A DNA stretch of 59,564 nucleotides, counting the filler, from Bipalium vagum (Eukaryota), in the NCBI GenBank assembly GCA_037834085.1. It is 3 parts of 3 records of this genome, joined end to end, with 100 filler letters (N's around TTAATTAATTAA, not from the genome) between each part and the next. Parts side by side here need not be neighbours in the genome. Positions count along the whole stretch, not along the records: positions 21,285 to 38,343 come from JBBMKC010080490.1; 2 more parts are not named here. One strand, 5' to 3'. The notes beneath the pieces are model-generated. The model saw only the letters and a program-made list of their open reading frames with translations. It did not search any database and was not told the origin of the DNA. Position numbers and translations under genes: made by a program. This document shows positions 24,414 through 36,718 of this stretch, in pieces. Position 1 is the first letter of the stretch. Each line of letters begins with the position of its first letter.

Positions 24414-26929
24414 TGTGGAAACTACGGCAAATAGTACAGGTTCAAATCAAGCGCCACCAGTCCCAACCAGCCCGGAGCAGTCAAAAAACTGACATTCAAA
24501 CATTATTTATTCTGACATTATTTGTGATTTAATTCTTGACAATTTTCCCTGACATTATTGATAAATTCTCCTTTTTTTATATATGTATAGCATACTTGGC
24601 ATTGTATTGTTCTTTTAATTTTATTTTTTATTTGAAATAATTAATAATCAAAAATATATGTATCAATCGATTTTGACTGATTTAAGTAAAATATTAAAAA
24701 TAAAACGATAATTAAATAATAATAAATAATAAACAAAAGGAACTGAAATAGCATAATAAAGGTATAGTAATGACATGTATGAATATTACTATGAATAAAT
24801 AAGATGTATTAGTATTGGTAGCGATCATATTTATTTATTATTATTATCAATTATATTTTATCAATTATATTTAAAAGGAAAATAATAATATGGTAACATT
24901 AAGTTACCATTAATAGAAAACCAATAAGAATTATCAAAAAAATGAAAAAATGATAAAAATAGAAAAAAGAAGGATAAGAGAAAATTATATTAAGAAACAG
25001 AAACTTACCAATTTTGAAAAAGAAGGAATAAAGAAGCATATAAAAGACGACAGAAATTATAAGAACTCAGACAAAAAATTTTTACTAACAGCTACGAAAC
25101 CAGTTCATACGCGTAAACAAAGATAAAATTTTTATAAGCATACAAAACCAGATTCAACCAGTTCCAACGTTCAAACGAGATCAATCACGATTCCAGATAA
25201 ACTACAGTTAATCACTAATCAAATTTCAGTCCTACAACATTCAGACTATAACCGCGTCCAGAACCATACGAAGTCCTACACAATTCAAAGTACTGTGAAG
25301 ACTCATACAAACAGTACAAGCAACAGGTCCAACCTCCGTTCCAACCAACCTGGAGCAGTCTAAAAGCTCAAATCAAGCGCCACCAGTAACAACTAGCCCA
25401 GATCAATCCAAAAATTGACATCCTAACATTATTTACTTGTGATCTAATTCGTGACAACTTTTAATTTTCTTAATGAATTCCTCTTTCTTCTATATATGTA
25501 CTTGATATTATTTGTAATTGTATTTTATTTTTTAATGATTAATAATCAAAAATATATATTGTATACATTGTAATTGTATTTTATTGATATTGTAAATCGA
25601 TTTTGACTGATTAAATTAATTAATATAAAATAATAAATAATAAAAAAAATTAAACAATAATAAATAATAGACAAAAGGAAATGACATAGTATAGTAATGA
25701 CATGTATAAATATTAATATAACATGTATTAGTATTAGTAGCAATCATTTTTATTTATTTATAAATTATATTTTAAAGAAAAATAATAATATGGTAACATC
25801 AATATACAATTAATAGAAAAATACTAAAAAATGATAAAAAAATTATATTAAGAAGCAGAGGCTTACCATTCTTAAAAAAGAAGGGAAATAAAGAGGTATG
25901 TAGAGACAACAGGAATTATAAGAGACGCACAACAAATTTTTAACAACAGCAACATCGAGTTTTTACGTGCAGATAAAACAAAAATTTCTTGAAAAGACGA
26001 AGCATAGTTCACCAGTTCCAACAAAATCCTACGACAGTTAAAAAGAATTCTACAAGGACCCATACCAACCAGCAAGTTGTCCACTATAAAAATGTTGGAC
26101 AGTCAACCAAATAAAAGCTCTACAAAACAGAAAAAAAAGTAACGAAAAATAAGCAGCAAAAGAAAAGGCATCACCGTTCCAGTAAAACGTAGAACAACTT
26201 GAATTCGTACTCAAAATCATCAGTACCATTCTTTCAAAAGCCACGATCCTTGCTATTCGACGACAAAATAGTCTCCGATTAGAAGAAACCTATTTCAACC
26301 AAATTTTTATGCCCAAAGTTTTTGTTTTAAGAAAAGTAAATTCATTTTGTTTTGACTTGATACATTCATGTATCAAAGTTTAATAAAAAGTATTAAAAGT
26401 TCAATTTTTATATTTAAAATTTACTCAAGTGTCTAAGCCTTAGTTTAATTTTATAATTGATTTGAATCGTAATTTACCGTAAAAAATATAATTCAAATTT
26501 ATTTTGTAATTGTTAAGTGTATTTTGCTTTTACATTTAAGTAACTTGATGCAAGAAATTTGTGAAAAAGTTTCGAAGTCTATTTACATATTCATATTTAA
26601 ATATCAATAATATAATATATAACTAGCGTAGAACCAAAGGTTCTCAAGATTAGGAATCGATCTTAAGTAAACCATATACCTGTATATTTTTTCTTAATTC
26701 CTAATTAAATCAGGCGTGTATAATTATAATTAATAAAATTAATCAGAATCGATATCATATGTATTAATAAACTTTATTTTGAACCAAAAAAAAGTATTAA
26801 AAGATAAATCGTTTTCTTAGTCAATTTAAATAACTCTAACCGAACACATCCATAAGCAACCTTCAACCGTTAAGACCTAAGTATTTCACCTTTAATATCA
26901 ACTTATTCCATCATCTTAGGACCTTAACA
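24414..26929 (+). mobile_element. Putative long (~2.5 kb) LTR-like unit
   Basis: Tandem units, then TATAAAAA at 26085, donor-like GTAAAT at 26336, terminal hairpin and TAACA end at 26929. The 5' boundary is uncertain. Confidence 0.4.
24442..26060 (+). repeat. Diverged tandem duplication, ~926-bp period
   Basis: TCAAATCAAGCGCCACCAGT at 24442 and 25368; colinear blocks (AATCGATTTTGACTGATT, ATAGTAATGACATGTAT, AATATGGTAACAT) in both units. Confidence 0.9.
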
Positions 26930-27260
26930 GTATTACAGTTCATTCAAGTGCCAACCAGATTCACTACACCCTATAAAAGCTTTAACCATCCAACAAAAAA
27001 GAAGAAAAGCAGCAAATTTCAAGCAAAACTCAGAGCAACACAAGTACAAGATTTACAGCTATAATCAGAGCTATACGCTAAAAAATTACGATCAGTGACA
27101 ATAAAGCCCATTAGACTACGAAACAGAACCCTGCCAGTTTGCTTCAGCTAATTTTATAAGCCCAAAGTTTTCTAAAGTTTATTTTTAACTCTTCAGCTTA
27201 GAAAGTGAAGAAATTTCAAAAACCGGAAATTTGGAACAAAAGAAAGAAGCCCAAATATTT

Positions 27261-27608
27261 ATGGAAGAAGCCCAAGTGGATAAGTCAAATGAAGATCGAA
27301 AAAATCGGTCAGCGTGTGGTTTTTGCCCCTGGAAAAGGGGATTTTACCACATGCAAACTGTGGTAACTCTGTTCCCTTATTGCAGTTTGCCTTCCAGTAT
27401 CGAAGAGACCGTACCACATTTCCCAGAAGAAGATCAGCCAGCTTTCCAGCGACCTGGTTTCCCTACTATGACGCCTCTGACTCCTGCTCAGGCCTACCCT
27501 TTGTTACGAAGCTCTTATTATGTTCCCGACAAATGCGAGATTCTCTTAATGCCCCATTTATTTGGTGGAAACTCTCCAATGATGGGTGTCATTGGTGCTG
27601 CCCCGTGA
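27261..27608 (+). CDS. Orphan ~115-aa ORF, probably repeat-associated
   Basis: GC-enriched open frame from ATG 27261 with a CGFCPWKRGFYH...C segment and a Pro-rich tail. TATAAAAG at 26972 upstream, AATAAA near 27755 downstream. No recognisable family. Confidence 0.3.
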   Translation: MEEAQVDKSNEDRKNRSACGFCPWKRGFYHMQTVVTLFPYCSLPSSIEETVPHFPEEDQPAFQRPGFPTMTPLTPAQAYPLLRSSYYVPDKCEILLMPHLFGGNSPMMGVIGAAP

Positions 27609-29589
27609 CCGACGGGTATGAAAAAACGGCCACAAGTAGGTTGTTTTATATATTTTCTTGTCCCCGACGCGATCCCGGTTTTAATTATCTTTTAATAACT
27701 TTGAAAAATTAAAATTTGAGGAAATATCCCAAATTAAATCAACACCATTTATTTTAATAAATTATTATAATTTACCGGGTTGCAATAATTTAAACAAAAA
27801 TATTAGTTTGTCACCATGTAATTATTTTATAATAAATTTTTAAATTAACTTTAGGATTAATGTTATTATTCTGTTCACAACAATTTATACAAATATTAAT
27901 TATAACTTAAGCCTTTGTTTCTTAAGTAAATCTATTCTTAATAATTTTATTAAAATTAAAGTTGAAAATATGAACTGTGACTCAAGTACTACTAATAAAA
28001 ATTCTTATGATAAAATTGTCTATTTTACATCTACAAATTTTAATGTAAATACATTACACAACAAATTTAAAAATTCTAACTGTGTAGACATTAAATAAAC
28101 ATTTTCACATATAAATAATTCTTCATCTTCAATGGGATTAGGTTTATCTTCAAATTCTTAATTACTTAACCACAACAAAAAGCAATTTTTAACAATTGCA
28201 AATCAAAACAACGTATCCATATTACTTTGATTTATTTATGTTAAGTAGGTTTAATGATTTAATATTGAAAATTAAATATTATTGGGCGCTTACGGGCAAG
28301 ATCTCATTTTCTGAACTGGTCCTATTTTTGATTTTGAGAAGGAGGTATGTCACAAAAGTGGAGAAAATTTGTAAATGCTCCCTACTTTCATCGTAATATT
28401 GATCTGAATGAAGACAGCATATTGATTCAATAAAAATACCGCAGACAAAAGGCACCCAATAAATTTTAATTGTGTCAAAGTAATGAAAAAAGATTTTTGT
28501 TTTTGAACATTTTCATGATGAATTCAAGTAAGTTTTTTTACAGTAGAAAATAAAAGTTTAGAATTTTCAGTTAACGAACAAGCCTTTCAGCTAAGTACAA
28601 TTCAGATGTCAAAGCCGGATACAATTTATTTTTCTGTTGACTGGTCAAAATACATCAAAAGAATTGACAGCAAAATTTTGACAGTTATTCACATTTTCGG
28701 ACAAATAACAGTGAATATCGATATCAGTAAAGAGAATGATTAGAGAAAGTCTAAATGTCTGGTTGAGTGATATCATTGCAATCTACTCCTGTCAAATCTA
28801 TTAGATATGAATCAGAAGAGATAGGCGTAGGCATTATTTGTCATTATGAAGTACTGGGTACTTGTTACTCAATCAATTTCAATCTTGTTCTTGATGAAAT
28901 TGGTAAAAATCTGTTTTTTTCTATAGGTTTCTCGAATTCATTCGAGATTTTATCATGCTAATTATTTTTCTCAATATCGCTTTGGCTTAATTTTAACTTT
29001 CACTCATGATAATTTTAATTAAAATTGACTTAAAATAAACTCGTCACTCCAATAATACTAGTTCTTCGGTAGGATTATTTATTTTTGTTTTTAATATTTT
29101 CTTATTCCTCTCTTTTCTGTTTACAATTTACAAATTGCCCCAAGGCCCTTTCATAGATTACTATTTATTATTATTTTTTTTAATAATTTTTTATTACTTA
29201 ATTTTCATTGATAAAGAAATAAAGTATTAAAAAGGTCTTAGTTTATTTTATTGCTACTTTTATCAATTTGAATTTACATTTTTTTATTCTTTATCCTATT
29301 ATCACATATAGTTCCGAATTTACGCTCAATAAATTCTTCTGATATCAGTGAGTCTTGTTAAGTTACCTAAAAGGCAATATCGATAGTTTTAGCCTCACTT
29401 TCTTATTTAACTTTTAGGAACTTAATAAAATTATTCAATTTAATAGATTTCACGGTATTTTTTTTTAAAGTCAGTTTTTTATTAAAGTTTTTAATTTGGT
29501 TAGCACATAACTTTTTTCCAACTTTTTAAAAATTACAAATAATTCCGAATGTGTGTGATAGTGCATGTGTTTTGATTATCCACCCAAGA

Positions 29590-30055
29590 TTCTGATAGTC
29601 CACTAATACGCAAAGACAAATGGACTAATTGGGGCTATGAAGATCGTTTACAATAAGCATTTATTTGGTCAATAGACATGATTAGAGATTGGAAAAAACT
29701 TCAGGATTACCGAGGAGAAATAGAACCGATTTTTTTCAAGAAGGTTGATAAACTCGTTAGAAAATCATTTTCCCACCAGCTGCTAGAACAGTTCAAGAAA
29801 CAGACACTGATCAAATGAAATAAAACAAACGGATCAGTAATGAAATGAAATTACGGAAACTAACCACAATGAAGGAATTTGAAAACTTAATCGTAGTGTT
29901 TGACGAAATCGAAAATTCTACCCTAACACATTGAAATAGTAAGAAGCACGAATACCATAAACGTAAGTCGCTCTCGATTTTAAAATATGAGAACCGAACA
30001 GCTGACTGCCATAACCGTAGCTGCATCGGTCACATGGCTAATCGGCTGTAAAGAC
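29590..30055 (+). mobile_element. Degenerate LTR-retrotransposon gag fragment
   Basis: Interrupted frame ending in CHNRSCIGHMANR, a decayed CX2CX4HX4C zinc knuckle. Confidence 0.5.
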
Positions 30056-32479
30056 TAAGTAAAACAGGTTATCAGATTTCCATCTTGCTTTTTGAAATAA
30101 GTGCGATTGCATATTATATTGTAGTAAATTTTGCTGGCTCTCCAGTCAGAGATGAAAAGAAGAATTTGAAGAAATGATTGTGATAATCCCATATCCAACA
30201 GAGTCTTTGTAATCCGTAATCTTATTAGCCAGGACTGGATCATTGAAACTAAGGTTTTAAATATTATATAATTGAATTATTCAGCTTATAAAAAGGCTAA
30301 ATTTGTCACTTCATGCTTGATACAATTTTGAACCTAAACTTTACAAAAAGGTCCTGTGAATTTTTCTTTATTTTTTAAAAGTTAAATAATAATCACAAAC
30401 AATATGATAATACCCTTTAAGGTTAGAATCGAGCACTAACATCATCATAATTTTTATGACTTTAAAGATATATTAAAGTTCAGAAGCAGAGATAAATTAT
30501 TTTGAAATTCATAATAAATGCTGGACTCACTTATTCTTAAATCAGGAGAAAAATTACTAATAATTTACTATTCTCAATACAATCTGCCAAAATAATTTAG
30601 TTTTATAATTAAATATTTTAAATCCCTTAATAAATTATCATATTAAAAATATTATTAATCATGAAAATCACGTTAACTCTTCGTATTTGTAAAAGTTACT
30701 AATACTTAAAATAAATCTAAATAAAATTTAATCTAATAAAATTTACTTATTTTAGATTATTTATTTAATGAATTAGATTATTTTAAATTTTACTTTATAT
30801 TACGATATGTGACGAATTCGACAATGTTTTGAATATGACTGCTAATAAAAATAATCAAAACTTACCAAATCTAAATATAGACGGTGCCAATATATCTAAT
30901 GATCTTCAGACTTTCATCGCAAAAGTGTCAGAATTACAAATCCGTAATACTCAATTAGAAAAAAAATCAATTAATAAACAACAATGATCAATTGACAAAG
31001 AACAATAATTAATTAACAAACAAAAATGAAATATTAGTATATAATTGCACAATAATACGAGATGAATCAAATGATTGACAACGAACATGATACTTTCTTA
31101 GAAAAATTAAGAAATGAAAGTATGCGTTTTACCAATTTATTAAACAGAGAGCTGTGGGACGAAAAGATAAGATAGATTAAGATAATCTTACAGTTGTTAC
31201 GAATATGTTACCATAGATCAGCATCACATTTAATATTCATAATAATATTTTAAAGACCAACAAATTTTCTATAGTTTTTTATGTGACTTGAAAAATTCTT
31301 TTAACTACCACTGAAATCATATTGAAACAACATAGAAATCTCTGAATTTACTAATCAAGCCCAGAAAAAGACCAAAATATTCAGTAAAAGACAATTTACT
31401 GGAATTTTACAGTTGAATTTTAAACCAGGTGTTTGTTCCATTTTGCATAATCATATATATTAAAAAAAATTGACAAAAAATATCCATTCTATCTATTAAT
31501 GTTAATTCATTTATTTTATCATTTATAACAGTTAATAATTGTGTAATCATAATAATTTAATGTTATTGAAAAACGTTTATAATTAAAATTTAATAATAAT
31601 GTAAATGACCTTCAAAAATTGCCAATCTACAATCCATTTTACAAAAAATTTATAATGTATATCAGGATAATGTGCTAACAGATCGTGTCAAAAATGGTTT
31701 TCGAAATACAGTGCTATAGATTTTAATGTATGCTTATCGCACTGCTTCGATCACAATAGCCAGATAAAAACGAAAATTTAAGACAAATTAGGTGTCTTAT
31801 ATTTTGTATTGAATAAAGCAATCTAGTATTATGTCTGATATATTAACATTTTATAACAGTTTAGATTGGATACAACAAAAAGACACTGAAATTTATCACA
31901 TTAATTTTAATGTTATCACTGGAAATGAAAGACAAATAAGATTGGAATCGTTTCGAGACCCGTGAGCATTCAGAGAAGCTATTATCTAAAAATTTGTTTA
32001 AATATAATGAAATTCTTGCTTTAGCCGATTTATTTCTTGCAAATGAAATTTCTAAAAACAGAAATCATTTGAAGAGAAATTATTAATAACTATATTCTAA
32101 AAGTTGCTCACATAATTAGCCCTGACATGATTAAATGACATTAGGTGTTCTAAAATCATATTAATCCCAAAATAGAAGATAAAGTTAAGGATATCGCTAA
32201 ACAAATGCAAGATAGTTTTAAATCATTTATCGGGTTTAATCGTAGAACGGAAATCCTGACATATGCAGCACTAGCGTACTTTTAATATACATAAGTCACT
32301 TCAAATTAAATCCTAACTGAAGAAAATGGAATGTTGTTTTAATTAATATTTATCAGCTCGTTATGAATAATAAATCAATATCTGAAATGTATAGCTATTG
32401 TTTAGTTTCATTATATTTTTAGATAAATCCTGATTTCTTTTGATGACAGGATTTTTATTAATAAATTTTTTTTCAAGTG

Positions 32480-33000
32480 TCAAAAATACAACTGCCGCTC
32501 TACGAAAGTATAAGTAGAATGTGTGTGTTCCAGTGTGTTCCTCATTCTTTGTAACAATCTGAGGCTCTTTCTCTACAAATTCACTATGCTACCAGAACTA
32601 AAATCATCTCATGCTTCTCAACGAACGCATTTAAGCTTCTCAACAATCAGGAAATTTTGAATTAAATCTTTTAGAACGATCAATTTCATTTTCATGTGAA
32701 TAAAAAAACAAATTGTGACACTTGGTTTGCATAAAACACAAGAATACCACACTTCTGTATTCACAGAAAAGGAAGGAATGGGTGGGCGTCTCCAAATATT
32801 ACCACCTTTATATATTATGAAACCGTCAATGGCCAGCGTTATCTTTCAATGATTAAAGAGCATGTTTTACAGAATTTGAGGAAGAATGGGAAACTTCTTG
32901 TCGTTGTTTTCATGCAGGATGCCTGTACATAACTTCTGTAATGTTAAAGAGCTCTTATTACAAAAATTTGTCAAAGACCGGGTTATCAAGAGACACATTC
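32480..33000 (+). mobile_element. DD41D-like transposase fragment
   Basis: YYETVNGQRYLSMIKEHVLQNL...VVFMQDA. Confidence 0.6.
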
Positions 33001-33031
33001 CACAATTCTCCTTTTTACCCTGAAGTAAATG

Positions 33032-34783
33032 CAGAGTGTTTGAGATAAATCGGGAATATTTTCAAACTAATATTATATAAATCTCTTCATAAATCACATT
33101 TGATCTTTACTTGTTTAAGTAAGCTAATATATCAAAAAATCAATAGATCAAAATTAAATTTTAAAGTTTTAGATGTCTTCGGAATACGACAGAAGACTAG
33201 CAATGCTCGAATCGCTTCGCGCCGGAAAAACACCCCCAACAAATTATCAATTGGTTTGGTTACGAAAGAAAACAGTATAAAACCTCGCTAAAAGATTTAA
33301 GGAATAACATGAAACGAATAATATAAATGCAAAAAAAAGCCACATCAAAGAGGAGTTAAATTTTCATGGCCGATTTAAAAAAGAAAATTGATGGTTCTAA
33401 AAGTATGGCTGATCTTGCTAAGGAAATGAACGTGGCCAAGACAATATTTAGTGTACTAATAAAGTAAGAGATGCTATAAATCTTATGTTCTCCGACTTCA
33501 ACAACTGTTAACACAGAAATTGAAGTCAAGTCGAAAACTAAACTCACATAAATACATATAATATGACAGTGCTTGGCAATTAAGGTTCTTCTCCGATGAA
33601 AAATACTTTGTTCAAGACAGAAAAATTAATCGGCAAAATGAACGCTGGATCTGCCAATATGTTTATGCATGTTCCTATGACCATGCATCCTTTTGATTAT
33701 TATCTGATGTGTGTAGTTGAGGAAGAAGTCAATTCAAAAAGCTCATCTCATTATCAAGTCATTATAGGATGCTGTGATAAACATAATGGCACATTTGGAT
33801 AGGGAAGAGGTAAAACTAGCATGTAGCAGGTTTCGATCCAGACTCGAAGCGGTTGTTGTACCTAATAATTTAATTGTGAATAATAATACTTTGAATAATA
33901 TAATTGTGAACTTTGATAAAGTTGTTTCAAAATTGTTATTTATTTATATATAATTATTATTAAGTGTGCAAGTCGAAAATGACGATTTTATAGAAAATCA
34001 ATCACGATTCAAAAAGAAGGAAAATGGATACCATATGAATTAAATGAGTAAAACATATAAAAGCAAAAAACCACGTGTGGAATACTGACGGATAAGCACT
34101 CAAAAAAAAAATCGTTTCTGCATCGTATCATCAGGAGGGGCGGAAAATGTATTTAATTCCAGAATCTAAAACGTCGAAAATCTTGATGCGACTCAGGTTA
34201 ACCGTCATCATCGATATCAAAATATTCACGTTAAGAAAGCATTACTGACCACACCGTTGGATTAGAAGAATGTGTTGTACTACGACTTCTTGCAACCTGG
34301 TCAGACCATTACTGGTGATGGTTATCAACAAAAATTGCTTATATTACGCGATTGCAAGAAAAACGACCAGAACATACAAAAAGACACGCGAATTTCCCAT
34401 GCTCGTTCCCATGTTTCAAAACAGGTTAGGAAACCTTTGGATAAATATAGTTGGCATATCTTACTCCACCCACCGTATTCGTCAGACATTGCTCCATCTT
34501 ATTATTACTTGTTCAGATCGATGACGCATTGCCTCTCCAAATTGCGTTTCAAAAAATTCGAGGATTTCAAATATTGGATTGATGAGTGGATTTTTTTGAT
34601 GATATTCATAAATTACCAAAAAATGTACCAAAATTGTAGATATTGATGGAAATATATAGCTTGGATAAAAAATTTTTTTTTGATACAATAAATGATTGTT
34701 GCACTCTTAAAAAATCGTAATTGTACTCTATGTACATTGTTTCATTTGTTGTAAAATATTCCGGATTTATCTCAAACATTCTG
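33032..34783 (+). mobile_element. maT/DD37D transposon remnant with both TIRs
   Basis: 31-bp TIRs CAGA(G/A)TGTTTGAGATAAATC(G/C)GGAATATTTT. Decayed ORF from 33173: MSSEYDRRLAMLESLRAGK..., FFSDEKYFVQDRKINRQNERW, PFDYY, ACSRFRSRLEAVV. Confidence 0.85.
33960..34740 (+). mobile_element. Mariner remnant nested in the 3' end of the maT element
   Basis: GKWIPYELN, FLHRII, YYDFLQPGQTITGDGYQQ, HPPYSSDIAPSYYYLFRSM; degenerate mariner-type ends. Confidence 0.85.
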
Positions 34784-35169
34784 TGCATCTAATTCTTATG
34801 CAATCAATGATTCATCTTGAGAATCAGCTTAAGACTAAAGAATTGATTTCCTGTATAAAACTAGCAGCGAAAAGCATTTCACGCACCCATTGAAGACTTG
34901 GTTGTTCGGCCTGAAGTCTGCGGTGACAGAAAATTTTGGACATATCGATCATTTAATATTGATATTAATATATTCCTGAGTTGATTATAACATTTACATT
35001 AATTGCACAATAGCCTGTCTATCTTTTATTGATAATAATTTTTTTGTTATTTTGAAGTTACTTATGAAACACTCTGTATATACTTAATTACTGGCAATTA
35101 TAAGATTTTTAAAGAGTTTTTATGCATGGAAGATATAAAAAACTTCTCTAGAGAATGTCTGGAATTTAT

Positions 35170-35520
35170 TTAACATTGCGTAGCTTGCTTTCGATGTCAG
35201 AATTAATTAGTATCTGCAAATAGCACTCTAATGAATGAAGTTATTAAAAAAGTCAATTTTATTAGAAATCATGCTTTGAATCATTACTAATTTATGTTTT
35301 GTTAGATAGATTAGGAATGGATTACCATTAAAAGATTTTTCAATGTAAGACATATTTTTAATGAAAAAATGAAGTCATTATGTTACCTGGTTAACAAACA
35401 TTTGAAAGTGTCAATTATGTCCAAAGATGCACACATTTATAGACTAGATATCAAATTACTACATGATAAGATCGAAAGCGCTAAAAGAATTCTGAGAAAT
35501 ATACTTACTTACGTCAACAA
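35170..35520 (+). mobile_element. hAT (Buster/SPIN-like) transposase fragment
   Basis: MNEVIKKVNFIRNHALNHY*F matches the VVKxVNFIRxxxLNHRQF signature. Confidence 0.6.
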
Positions 35521-36718
35521 ATTGAAGACCGAACAAAACTAACTGTATATTATTATTGTTAGTTGAAATAATAACAGGTCCTTTAGATTAATAAGAACTT
35601 TTAAGATAATACCTAGAATTTGCTCTCGAGGATAATAGGAAACTCCTCGATTGACAGAAAAATAAATTCGAGATTGTAAGACTCAATAGAGACTCAAATA
35701 ATGAATGATTGAAAAATTGGCGCATCACCAAATAATTTAATTTTAATTATTAATAGTATGGAAATAAATAAATAAAAATTAATTCCCAAAATTTAAAAAA
35801 ATTTCATGTAGACATCAGATATCATTACAACACTTCAAAAAATGAAGATAGGTGTCTTAGATGTGCGCAAGGCAAAAATAGAAAAACAATTCATAAAGGA
35901 ACTTTTTTAGTCTTTTCTGGATGACAAAAATTACTAATTAGAAGACATCGAATTTTTTCTACTTTGAATGAGCAATGTCCTAGTGACCACAGTTACAGAA
36001 CTATCTGAGATAAATAAAGAAACTATAATGATTGTAAAATACACGCGAAACTTGGTCCTGAAAATCTAATGGCACATGAAAGTTTTTTCAAAAAAATTCA
36101 ACAAAGGTAATGTCGACAACAAGTGCTAATGAGGTCAAACAAAGGCTAATGACTCAGAAGATGACTCAACAAAGCAGGAAACTGCAGAGCCAATCAGAAT
36201 CGAGTATGACAGCGGACAATTTGGATATGAAAATGAATTTTCTGGATAGATGAAGAAGATTTTTTTGCAATCCGAGGTATTTCAGTCTTTTGTTGACGAA
36301 CTTTTCAGGAACTTTTACGAAATATGCCCAAATGAAATGGAGCTGTCAACAAAGAAGACAATTTCCTCAGAAATACCAAAAAAGTTCTCAGATTTATGCC
36401 AAGAAAACTCTTCAAATGCACATTTAATGTCCCGATATGTGGCAGAGAACCAGATTATGAGCCAAAAGAAGAGCTTTTATGGAGATAAGAAGAAAAATGC
36501 CCCAAAACAGCTGAAAACAAGGGCAATCCCTCGCAAAAATTTTTAAGGTTCCTGAGAAAACGGCCAAAGAAAATTTGAAAAATGGGAACGAAAATGTGAA
36601 CTTACACTTTTTCAAGACCGCTAAAAAGGGATGAATTTGAAAGCCTTCTCAGAATACTTCCTGAGATGAGGGAGCTGAGGAAAATTACGAAATATTAAGA
36701 AAAAAGGAAAAAAATAAA

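Noticed and set aside
25546-25743. Ile/Tyr/Phe-rich short ORFs (also 2941-3234 and 52517-52765)
   Set aside because: Chance open frames in extremely AT-rich low-complexity DNA.
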